This document shows, in pieces, positions 1 through 12,100 of a DNA stretch of 64,000 nt. Under the pieces are notes generated by a model that ran no database searches, had not been told where the DNA came from, and saw only the letters and a program-made list of their open reading frames with translations. This DNA is from Auanema rhodensis (taxonomy: Eukaryota; Animalia; Nematoda), in contig OZ059899.1 of the NCBI GenBank assembly GCA_964057225.1, positions 6,820,001 to 6,884,000 of the forward strand. The letters run 5' to 3'. Made by a program: the position numbers and the translations under genes. Every line of letters begins with the position of its first letter. The first letter of the stretch is position 1.

Positions 1-1886
1 CTACTGCAGGAATCACATGCTTTCAAGTGCACCTTATAATTTCATGACTACACAATCCGAGGAGAAGGAAGGAAACTTGGTTGATACGAGCTCTTACAAC
101 TAAAAAAAGGACACAAGAGAAAGCCTAAGGCAAAGGTCTTGCATTGAATTGAATAAGAAAGAAATATCCCAGCTATACGTATTCACAACGTATGCAAAGA
201 AATCAATAATAAATTACAAAGAAAATAGTCGCAAAGAAACATCAAGGAAAATTATTGCGCGAAAGTATATATACAGACTAATGAATAGAAAAATAATTAG
301 GAGCAATATCTCAAGTAACGAGAAGACTTAACGCCATGGTTTAAAGGAAATCGATGGAAACTCCTATCATTAAAACGGGAAGAAAAGCAGCACAAGGAAG
401 AGTTGACATATGAACATGAAGGGTTGTGTTTTGTCGTTATCGCCTTCAGACTAGGACAATTTAGTTGCAAATATGAAAAAAATAATATTGAATGTAATAC
501 AAAGAGGGAAGAAATGAAATGCAGTTTTCGATCAATCCTTCTTACATTCAATAAATAGTTCATAAATACTGTCTATTTTGCTATAGAATTTGTAAGAGCA
601 AAAATAACAAACTTACACAAAGTTGTAGCGAGTTAGTGAACGTTGAACATTTAAAACAGCGCAAGTTCCAAAGTAAAGCTGAGAAATAAGAGATTAAGGG
701 AAATAGGTGAGTAGGAAATTGTAAGAGTATTTGTAAAGGTAATCGAGCGAAAAAGCAAATAGAAACAATCAATGTTCGGCTTTCATATATGAAAAGCATT
801 GATGATAAACTTTTTGCGCTTCAAAACATTATAAGGTCATCGTATTTTTTGATCATTTATTAGAATACATGCAGTGCAACAAGTCTAGCAATAGAGTGAG
901 TAGGCACAAAACGTCGAAATCAATTAGAGAACTCAATTATATGGCATCGCAATAAATTCAGTAAAGAATAGAGAGTCGGCAACAGACTCACTAGGTGACT
1001 GACGGTTCAGTAGGGCAAATTTGATATTCGTGGAAAGAATGACTCCATATGGTGAAATGGATCGAAAGAAGAGCCACAAACGTGGGTAATACGCTTTGAA
1101 CTCAGAAGCATTAAACAACACGTTTAGAATACGAATTGAACGAGCCGTGTTGTCTAGAATCCAGCAAACATAATATGAACGACTGACTACAATGAAAAAC
1201 AACAATATCTATAATCAAAAGAAAGCAAACCAGTCTTAACACGTGGGCGATTTGAATAAACAGCGCGTCTAATAATAATACAGTAAAAAATAGTTTGAGA
1301 TCAAGCTGAATTTTATAATAATTTATAACAGCTGTAGAAGAGTAACAATATAATTATGAATACTTGATTTAAAAGAACCAATTGAAGCAAAACAAGAAAG
1401 AAAGCCAAAGAACTTCGATAAAACTTGGTTAACATTTCTTCTCATTGTGGATCTAAACGGTAGGGGAGATGAATGCTGTACGACCTGACTATACCCCCAG
1501 GCGAGCGTCCATTTCATTCATTCGCGTTTGGTGGGCGGGCGTTCACTTTAGCATTAGAGCAGTATATTACTGAGAAAGAAGAATAACGTGAAGTCAAATT
1601 AGCAGCTGTTGATCTTCTTTAGTCCTTTGTGATTTTGTTTAAACTTTTAGATTCTCTAAGATTATTCGTAAACATATATATTGGGAGAGGGTAAAATTGA
1701 CGGCTGATTTCTCTATAATCACATTAAATATTTGTTGTAAATAAATGCTTGTTTAATCCAAAAAATTATCAATATTCATAAGATTTCTATATTACTACTA
1801 ACATTTGAAAACGAATAAAGTATGTAATGTACTCCGAACTGCAACCGACCGCATCTACTCATTTTACTTGACAAAATGAGCAGGCT

Positions 1887-1905
1887 TTGACGTGCCTTGA
1901 CGTGC
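1887..1905. promoter_or_regulatory. Tandem TTGACGTGC direct repeat (ACGTG-core bZIP/HIF-type sites) upstream of bca-1
   Basis: ttgacgtgc-c-ttgacgtgc, 10-bp period, ~450 bp upstream of the bca-1 ATG. Confidence 0.3.
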
Positions 1906-2358
1906 TTTCATCAGAGTTAGACTGATGTCGTTTTCTCATATATTGCTAATATATGGGTAACATTTGTGAAAGAACGAGACATTCATATCAAGTAAATAGC
2001 ATGTGATAACAAAGAATATATCTAAATACTGAATTGGTCACGTGTATCACTGAAGTGCTATATCATCAATATATCGATAGTTTATTCGAATCATAAAAAA
2101 AGGATTTCGAAAGAATATTACGTACTTTTGGTTTCTGAGATCTAGGCTGGTTTTATAAAACTCGAGAGGATTTAGGATCAACTTTGCAACAGATAGAATT
2201 TTCCAATTCCTTGGTCGTTTTTTTGATAAACTTGCACTATGCATTGATTGTTATCGTCTTTTTAACATTCTTATCTTTGTTGCTGTTTTTACATCACCTG
2301 TTTTGTATTATATACATAATCTTGTCTTTCAATTTACTTCTTTCACAATTTTCAGAAA

Positions 2359-3487
2359 ATGGACAAAGTTCTTCGTGGCGTAATTAAATTTAGGAAAACT
2401 GTTCGCAAAGATTTAGTGAAACAATTCAAAGAAATAGGGGATCATCCGAACGTAACTTATTAAATTAAATTTATCATAACTTGAGCTTTTTTCAGCCTAC
2501 TGCCGTTATGTTTACTTGCATGGATTCCAGAATGCTTCCTACGCGATTCACTCAGTCGCGAGTCGGTGATATGTTTGTCGTCAGAAATGCAGGCAATATG
2601 ATTCCTGATTCTGCTAATTATGGTACTCAGCTGCTAACCCTTAACCAATTTTAACAAGGCGTTTACTTCAGGATTTGGATCGGAAGTTTCCGTAACAACT
2701 GAACCTGCTGCTTTAGAACTTGCAGTCAAGCGTGGAGGTATTAAACATATTCTTGTTTGTGGGCATTCAGACTGTAAAGTAAGTTTAATATATTATACAC
2801 TAATTGTCGTTTTCTTGAAGGCTATGAACCTTTTATATGAAATAAATCATAATAAAAGTAATTTTGATGCATGCTCTCCAATGGATCATTGGGTTCGACG
2901 GAATGGATATTTATCAATGAAACGGTATAAATGATGTTCTCCTTCTCAATTTGTGACAAACGATTTTTGAAGTTTACATGAACGTCTGCACGTTGGCCCT
3001 GATATAATGCGATTTGAAAGCGAAATTGCACCCTCTCAAAATTTTGAGGCAATCGTTGACCCACTAGATAAATTACCACCCGAGGGAAAACTTTCACAGG
3101 TTTGAAAATATCTTTTGATGCCTAGTAAATCTTAGAGTTGCAGATAAACGTTTTACAGCAAGTTATGAACGTAGCATCACATAGGTTTTTACAAAACTAC
3201 TTCGAAACAGGTAATTCAGAAGAAATTTTTTTAAACTTGTTTGTTTGAAGGTCGATTATTCGTTCATGCGATGTGGTTTGATGTATACGAGGGAGAAGAT
3301 TATTTGTTTTCTCGAGAAAAACGTTCCTTTATTCCCATAAACGTTAGTATCTAATGAAAAATAATTTTTACATGTTTTTGTTCAGGAGAGTACTGTGGAT
3401 TCATTGTCCGCTGAATTAGATAGACGTTGCGGCGAAGCTCCGGAGATTTCAGAAATCATTCAGGATAAGCAAGCTGTGGGTAACTAG
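2359..3487 (+). CDS. bca-1: Beta-class carbonic anhydrase, 8 exons
   Basis: Hand-spliced over GT-AG introns of ~40-50 nt: MDKVLRGVIKFRKTVRKDLVKQF...PTAVMFTCMDSRMLPTRFTQSRVGDMFVVRNAGNMIP...TEPAALELAVKRGGIKHILVCGHSDCKAMN...KLSQINVLQQ...HAMWFDVYEGEDYLFS...AVGN*. The zinc-binding CxDSR and HxxC motifs are intact. Closely resembles recalled C. elegans BCA-1. A TTTTCAG acceptor lies 3 nt before the ATG. Confidence 0.96.
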
Positions 3488-3616
3488 GTGTTAAGAATTA
3501 ACTTCATTATTGCCATAACATTAGTGCATCGATTCGCCATATAACCTTATAACGGGTTTTTATATGCCATCAAGTATTTTCCTTTCTAAAGTTCACTTTT
3601 CATCAGCTGAGAAATA

Positions 3617-6142
3617 TTAATGGCGCTTCGTGTGAGATTTTCGATATTCTCTCCGTAGTTCTACTTCTCGAATTCGAGGATTATGAAGTTGAGTTGTGTA
3701 CTGTGTACTGAAATTTGAATTTTCACTAAATACTTAGTTTATTTTTCACCGCTCTTTTGTATTCATCAGTGTTCTGTCACGTTTTTGAATCAGACGGTCT
3801 CTCTGTTCATTACGTTCCTCTATTCGTTCAATTATTGAACTGAAAAATACTAAGTGTTCACAATCTTTTTCATATTCTATTTTTTAAAATTTTATATGTC
3901 ATATAGTGAATAGATGTATACCTTGTATCAATAGCATTGTCTGGTAGAAAGTACCATGTATCTCTGAAAAGAGTAATATTTCTAGAAATTTAATAGTTAT
4001 AATACCTGAACATTTGCCCAGCCGGGACCAGAACATATGCTCCACGGGTCATCAACTCTGATACATTGTTAATTTTTTTTCCATCCATATTACATAGTCT
4101 GTTATAATATATATATAAATTGTTCAAGATAAAATTTTTACTTGGATGGATTTACATTATACTTACGAGCTACTAGCTCGAGAACATAATTCATTCCCTT
4201 GGCCAACTGACTTTTTTGAAAGTTTATGAACTGACATTCCATGCCTTGACCATTCAAAAATACACTATAATAAGTTATTAGAACCGCACTAAAAATATAA
4301 ATTACTAAATAATATAAGCGCTTGGATGAGTTTGATCGCGTCGATTGTAGATCACTGCACTGTTCGAGCGAATTCTGTTGGTTACCTTTCTGGAAAAGAC
4401 CGACTTTGCTCAAAACCTATTCAACAACAATTTATCAGTAACAAACTCTCTGTGTTTAGCAAGTGCTAGTCTGTCCTTTTCTATCCGTTCGTGATGATCG
4501 AACTCAGAAAATGTCATTTGAGGCTCATCGTGGGTACTTCGGGAACGATACTTATCTGAAGTGAAATAGTAATTCAAGTGAGAAATGTTGCTAAGGTATG
4601 AAACCTTCTTCTCTCCTTGTTTTGTTTCTTCTTGATTCTAAAAAAAAACTTTAAAAGTGTTTTTTTTAAGTTTTAGTGAAAACAATAACACGTAAGCACG
4701 GCAAATGAAATTAGATTCTAACGATTTTTAACAGACTGTTCTGTTTGTTTCAACATGTTTCCCATAGCTAATTGATAAGACTTCTCGAACTCTATAAGAT
4801 TTGTATGCCATGTTTTCGATTCGGATGATTTCTTTTTTTTCTTTATTTTAGGGGTATATTGTAAATCTGTTGAAGAAGTTTCCTAAAATGCTGTCTTTGC
4901 AGGATACACACTCGAAAAATTACCCGAACGTACGGATATTGAGAAAATTTCATTAAATCGTTGTTGGATAAATGTGATTGTGCAGGTTGAGGTGGAGGTG
5001 TTAAAGGATAAGACACTTCAAATGTGATTGTATGTACTAAAATATATTACGAATGTTAACCTGGTTCGTATAATGTAGCTCTTGAATGTGATGTAAATTC
5101 TGGAGCAGATAACGATGTATAACGACTCCTGAAAGTATATCAATTTCTTTTAATGAGATTATTAGAATAAAATCAACCGGGTATAAGCGTTTATATATTT
5201 AGAAATAAAACAATAAACAGTTTTAAGTGAAAATATGCTAATTATATGCGACGTTTACGAATAATTGACTAACTGTTTTGAATCCTGTTGTTTGATCGTT
5301 TGATACTGATATGCATGTTCATCTTCAGAATATGGTCTGAAATTGTAATATTGACACATGGTTACTAAAAGAAAACAAAAAAATAAATTTTTTGATTTAA
5401 TATGTCTGCGTCATACGTATTATGTGTAGGGAATTGTTTCATTTTCATGTTACCATGGACAACAAAGTAGTGAGTATGAGTGGGGGGAAGCAAGAGAGGG
5501 TTCATTAACAACTGTTCTTTGTATTCGATGAGAATAATTTAATTAAAATATAACAAACAATAATATTAATAATAATAATGAAAAAAAATTCTTACTTAAG
5601 TAAAGATTCATCTCCAGCTACAAAATATGTAGCTTTGTCTCTCAGTTCTTCTGGTTCTTCGATGCGATAACCATCTCTTAAAAGAAAGTTCAGTCAAATT
5701 GAAGTTTTTTAAATATAGATCAGACATATCGTAAATACTTGTAATATCGTCTGTTCCTAAAAATCTTGATAATTCTGACAAAAGGTTACGCATTCCTGGA
5801 CTTTTCCATTCCCTCCAAACAAAAAGCTTCGCTCTGAAAGTATATCAAGTTTATGTAACACCATAGCTTATTTATGATAGAAACTTTTTTTCCAAACTGT
5901 CACCATTACGTTTCACGTATATTTTTTTAACCTGTGGTTTTGGTGTTCTAGAATACATGAATTGGTTAATGAAAATGGAGTTTGAAACAACCTATTCTCA
6001 ATTCGCTCTGATTCATCACGTTGATAATCAGCTCGCTTACGCTTATTTAATTCCAAATACGATATTTCATTATAGGGATCAAGAAAATCTTGAACTGTAA
6101 AACAACAACGTAAACAAAACTAAGAAATAACCTACCTGGCAT
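3617..6142 (-). CDS. Doublecortin (DCX) domain protein with two DCX repeats, ~16 small exons; some middle exon boundaries uncertain
   Basis: Hand-spliced minus strand. Starts MPVQDFLDPYNEISY... DCX1: KKIYVKRNGDSLEKKAKLFVWREWKSPGMRNLLSELSRFLGTDDITSIYDIDGYRIEEPEELRDKATYFVAGDE. DCX2: AYIIYVFLNGQGMECQFINFQKSQLAKGMNYVLELVARKYNVNPSKLCNMDGKKINNVSELMTRGAYVLVPAGQMFRDTWY. Ends ...EYRKSHTKRH* (TAA at 3619-3617). The RNGD / Y..DG..I...+L.D...Y pattern is typical of DCX domains. Confidence 0.8.
5449..5463. promoter_or_regulatory. Candidate X-box (RFX/DAF-19 site) in a DCX-gene intron
   Basis: GTTACC-ATG-GACAAC fits GTHNYY-N(2-3)-RRNAAC. It lies 90 bp upstream (minus strand) of an in-frame ATG at 5359 that follows a TTTTAG acceptor. 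Confidence 0.45.
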
Positions 6143-9100
6143 GCCAATTAACTACAAGCTTCTTATAGTTTAGACGGATGCTCTTTCAGAGCAATGTAGA
6201 TGTTCGCAAAGGCTTTTCGTTGCCCCGTGATACTATGGAGAAGAGAGTGGAACATCAAGTAGAATAAAAGACTTCAACCAATACTATAGAAACTTGGGTT
6301 GTTATATAAATTTTTATTCTTTGTCATACTTTGTTCAACAAGAACCTTTGACAGTATTGCAAATTTGTGTTGTTACTTCGATAGAAAATTAATACTTTTT
6401 ATAGTTAACTTTAATGAAAATTAGGTAAAAGTTCCCGAATTGAAAAAGGATAAATCAGAAAAGTATAAGAATATCTTTGTTTGGTTTCTGTTAGGAAGAG
6501 GTATATTCGATTACATAGCGCCTAGGGTAAGAGCATGAAAAGGAGATGCAAAGCCCAAAATCTGTCTCTAGTATCCATATCTACTGAAATTCATCCGATC
6601 CTGCTCATCCATGTATAGTATATATATGTGTATATAAATGTATATATATATATATATAAACGTTAATGTACAATTTCATCAATATTTTTAGTTATTTTTT
6701 ACTTTTACTACATAAATTATTATTATTTGTGTAATTGAACATAACTAAATACCAACTTTTTTTATTTGGAACAGTAAAAGTTATCTTGTTCATATTTCAA
6801 AATTTAGAAATTTAGATATTCTCTTCTTATTATTATTTGCTAAAAGTATAAAAAAGAAGCTTGTCTTATAACTTTTTATTTTTCGAATAATTAATTGGAA
6901 TTTCTATGTAAAATATTTGATGAGGTCAGGTGAATTCCGAGACCATATTTTAGAAGAGATTATACATTTTAGATTTGAATATTTGAATAAAATATTAATT
7001 TTATAAATAATATTCTATTGAGAATACATTGTTTTTGATATTAAGGATAAAACAGTTTTATAAAAACATGGTAAAGTATTGAAAATATTGCCTATATTTA
7101 AATTTTTGATAGATTTGTATACATTTCAAACAAAAAAAATAGAAAGATTTTGAATATGTTCAATGGTAGTAATCAGATACCTTATTTGGATAGGTTTCTG
7201 CCATTTTTTGGTTGAAACTGCAAGTCATCAAAAAAGTTTTCTTTATAAAGAAAGTAAGTTTAAATAAAATGCTCCAATGATAGGTGTATACAAAGAAATA
7301 AAAAGTATAAGTAATATAATATAAGATTTAGATGGCGCAAAGATGCATGAAGAAAATAAAATAATTCATTTTAGTTTAGATTCAGTCAATCGACATATGT
7401 AGATCTCTGTAATTTTAACCTCGATTTTGTGAAATAAACCACAAAAGAGAACGATATGATAATTCTACTACTTTTGAGTTGATCTTTAATTGAAAAAAAA
7501 TGAGAAAAACAGTATAAATTAAATAAAATTTAAGAAACTTAACATATGCATTGATGGAAGATAAGTTATATTTAGATATAGTTATATGAATATATCATAT
7601 AATATATGTATATACATGTATATCCAATACTTCTTTACTATATTTAACTGATTATGCAATAATTACATTTGATTATCACTATTTTTTTAAATTAAAAAGA
7701 TACATCTTTACTTGAAATGATATCACAATCTTTTTTTATGACAACATTCTACTATCAGATTATTCTTCATATTTTTTCTTTTCTAATCTAATCCTTTTGT
7801 GTATATGGATGTTTAAATATAAAAACTATCTTATTCCATATCATCTAAAAGAATAATGGAACAAATATCAAAAATATTATTTCGTTTTGTTCACTTTTGA
7901 AACAATTTCTTAATAACTTTTTTTGATTTTCTAAATTAATATATGATATGTATAGATATATACATACATCATAAATCCTCACTTTCACTCAACCATTAAA
8001 TTTTTTATTTTTAACTTTTTTTGGATGTGAAAACTTTTTTTTTGATAATTATTTATTTAATACTGCACTCAATATCTTTGACTGACATATGAAGGAACCC
8101 TTGAATACTGCAAACCTAGCCTTGAGGCACTGAAACGTGCGATCAAATGTCTTTCTGGAACGTTGAAATTCTATTTGTTTTCACATGCAAGTTCAAAATT
8201 ATTCTTTTCAGATTAATTTTCATCCCCATATTCAGTTTTCCAACTTATTTTTCAACTTATATATACAACTTAAGTTTCGCGACCACCTTTCTACGCAATT
8301 ACAACTCATTTCATTTTCATTAATTATCAAGTGTCGTTTAATATTAATTGTATAATTTTTTTATTCCATTTAGCTAAAAATCTTTCTATCTCTCCGCCTA
8401 CTATATCATCTTATCAAGTACTTGATATGTTAATGGAATAATAAGTCTAGAGATACATATGTGTTTGAACGGAAATTTCATTCAATAATGTGTTATAATT
8501 TTTGACCAAAGTTTGTGTAAATACGGATTTTTGAGAATAAATATCTTATTCATCTTATTCATCTAATAACATATAAGCTATACTAATTTTTTTACATAAA
8601 AAGTTTTTAAATTAATTATATGTATCTATATATACAATGCATATATAGATACGTATATTTATAAATTTATATACATATGTACATGCATGTACATATGTTT
8701 CATTAAAAACTTTTCTTTATTAGTTCTTTTTTTTTACTATACTATACATACATTAACTATTATCTCACTAATACTTTAGTAAGATTATACGCTGACGTAG
8801 AGCTCTATTCTCATAGATATATCACAACTTTGCAGAATATTCTTTACTTTTTGTTTCTTGTAATCAACTGCATCAAGATAATGTTATCTTATTTCGCAAA
8901 TGATCTAAGTTCATTCAAAATTATATACGCTTATGCAACTTTGGCTGGACTAACCAATAATAAATCTTTGAAATAGAGATTTTCTTTCATATTATCAAAT
9001 GAAAAAAACATATATTATATATACATTTTACATGATCTCTCGATCAGATATGTGAGATATTGCTAAGAGTACAAAACTTTGCTATCTAACTCTTGTTGAC

Positions 9101-12100
9101 GTCACTTTTGGTACTCGTAAGCAGATATCGTGTTCTCAGTTCAACCATTTGATTGTGAAAAGATATTCCCTGAGGGCAGAATATATATATCTTAAGAGCT
9201 GTCTCTCAAATGTTTTACAAAAGTTATAGTTATAGACATGTAGACACATTCATATGTATATATATATATATATATATATGAATGTATAAGAATATATACA
9301 CATATATATATGAATATTTATGTCCTTAATTGAAAAAAAAATTAAAATTATATTTCTATAATTCATATTTCAGATATAAAGTACTATTTGATATTATTAA
9401 TTAGTTTATTGTCAATTCATATATTAAAAAATATACTAGTACAAAATATGTGATAAGTATAAGATTTAACATATTCTCCATTTTCTTATCAATTTTCAAT
9501 TATCATGATTTGGTAGCATAGCTTGAAATTATGCCACAAATCTATTCTACGATGCCATATATTTGACTGAACACTTAAAACTGAAAATATAAATACAAAT
9601 GTGACTCTTGTTATAAGATAGGATTGATTTTGTACTTTCAACTGAAAAATGTCGTTTAACAAGCTAACTGCTACTCTATGCATCTCCATTTTTCTTATTC
9701 TTATTTACCACTCTCTTTTCATCATGTGTATGCTTGAAATATCTTTATCACTCATTCAGTCAGTCACTCTTTTTCTTTTTTTTTTGTTTCATATTTTTTC
9801 ATCACCATGTTTTACTACATTCTCTGAACTATTATTTCATTTAAGTCAATTAGCATTGTCCTAACCTTAACAGCTGTTAAGCCGCTAACTCCATTTATCG
9901 ATGTTCGAATACCACAAAATATAATAATAAACATACAGATAATATTTAATTATATAGCTATGTCGATTTCTATTTTTTCCCCTAACTTTCGAAAATTACT
10001 TTGTTAGTCTTTGAACTAATTAGCATACTTACATTTTACGTATACCACGTGAGATTATCAGCTCCTGGCATTCATTTCCCTTGCTGTCTCTTCGCACATA
10101 GCGGTTAACAATTCTTACTTTTAAGCTTATGGTTTAACCTTCAATTTTCCCTCTTTCATAGCTCAGTTTCCAATAAAATCTTCGTCCAGTTCCTCTTTTC
10201 TCTTTCTCTTTCTCTTTCTCTTTTCTTTTCTTTATATATAAGTATAGATGAATATATATTTATATATTATATATTATATATAATATAATATATTACATAT
10301 TACATATTATATATTATACATATATACATATATTTATCTTTATTATTTACCTTTTTAATTTGTCTTATTCTTTTCCATTCCTTTCTGATATTAGCTTCAA
10401 CATCAACTGGTCAATAACTTGACGTTGTCAAGGTAGCCAATCATTTAACAATGGAATACAGATGCTTTGTTCGAATGGAGCTAATCTTCATCTAAGGACA
10501 ACCTTGTAGCTCAATATTACTATATAGTATTTATCATAGAAATTATACTATTACACTATTCTTTACCATGTATTTATATATGGATATTCAATTCAAAAAA
10601 TATATGCTACCTGGACTATATAATCTTAAAATCAAAAGAATTATTATATTCGAAGCTTCTTCTCTGACGTGATAATCCTCATCACAAGACTTTGCATCTA
10701 ATTATATAGAATCCTCCCAAATTTTTTCTAATTTGTGAATTCTTAACAATACTGTTATGATATACGTATCGTTATATTATTTTTTCTTTAAAAAACAAAC
10801 AAATAAACTCATTTTTCTTTCTAAAACTATAATAATTCTGCATTATAAGCCGATTTTGTATTTATTTTCTTGAAAATTCGATATAAGCCACATACTTATA
10901 AAGATATGAATACATAATTGCAGATACAATTTCACAGTTCAGGTTTCGATCTGCAGGTCTTTTTAACTTTTAAGTTTATCAAACAACCGAAACCTTCGTA
11001 AAAACTTGGAGAGCCATGAATGCAAAAACTAAAAACACATCTGGACCGAATATTACTTTTTAAGCTTAACGACCAAGTTTGCTTTAACTTAGTTTTCTTC
11101 ATCTATGTATATGTGTGTAAGAAAACTATACGTACAAGCCTATACAACGCTGGTTTTTGAGATTAAAAAACATAAATTTCTTATATTTTTTTTTTCCGAA
11201 ATGACGATTGTAATCTAACTCACGTAGGCAAACTTTTATATTACGAAGAGATGAAAAAAATTAATTATGATGATAAATTATACAAAATAGTGAAAGAGTG
11301 AAACTTTATTTCATAAAGAAACACCATAAAAAGAACTGAACAACCATCAAATTTGACTTGTCTCATAACACTTGCCATCTGCCAATTGTCCTTTCAGGCG
11401 GACATAGGCTGCTAACTCCTCGCTCTTCTCCATCATACATTTTAATTTGCAACATTCATGCACCCATTTCTCTATTTCTTCAAATTTTGTATAGTATTTC
11501 CATTTTTTCTTTGAAAAATATGTAATTCTAGTTAATTTCCGATACATCAAACAGCTCTTTCTCACAACGTTCTACCTTTCTTCTATACTTTTCAAAGATT
11601 GCTATGCTGTTCCCATGATTCCAGTTCCACTTCTGTCATTCTACACATTTCGCATGCTATTCTTACTCTTTCGCTCATACTTATACCTCAGTTGCTCGCA
11701 GGTCAAATATATTAGATCTCCGAGCATTTGGTTTCTGATGCATTCACTCATACTTCTTCAACCTCAAGCAGTAGGTCAGGCAAGGAGAATATCCTTCATG
11801 ATAAAGGAAATATTTCTTCCCTCGATGTCTGCTTAATGAGCTAAAGCGAACGAAAAGTTCTATTGCATTTTAATCTGATGAGATTCAATTCACATACTTA
11901 GTCGTGTTATCCCCTTTTGATGTTTTTTCCTCAATATGGGCACATGCATACATTCTAGGTTAAGCAAGGAAGCGTTAAGAAGGCACATTAGCGAATTACA
12001 ATTGCCGGACCTCACAGTGCAAAAAGCCTTCTCTCTTTTCTTTATCCCTCTGTTTCTCTGTTTCTCACTTCTTTTCTACTCTCCATCCTCTTCTTTTTCT

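Noticed and set aside
1-1600. Several short ORFs (149-331, 933-1205, 1323-1517)
   Set aside because: No recognisable domain or consistent exon chain. The purine skew suggests intron or upstream sequence of a gene outside the window.
4138-4413. ORF-track 91-aa ORF with an apparent transmembrane helix (LYYLVIYIFSAVLITYYSV)
   Set aside because: It is a chimera of two exon frames read through an intron. After splicing the region reads AYIIYVFLNGQG (DCX2) with no TM segment, and the 'stop' is a GT donor.
11347-11565. 72-aa minus ORF with WVHECC, superficially PHD-like
   Set aside because: GTG start, incomplete Cys/His pattern, and no compatible flanking exons found.
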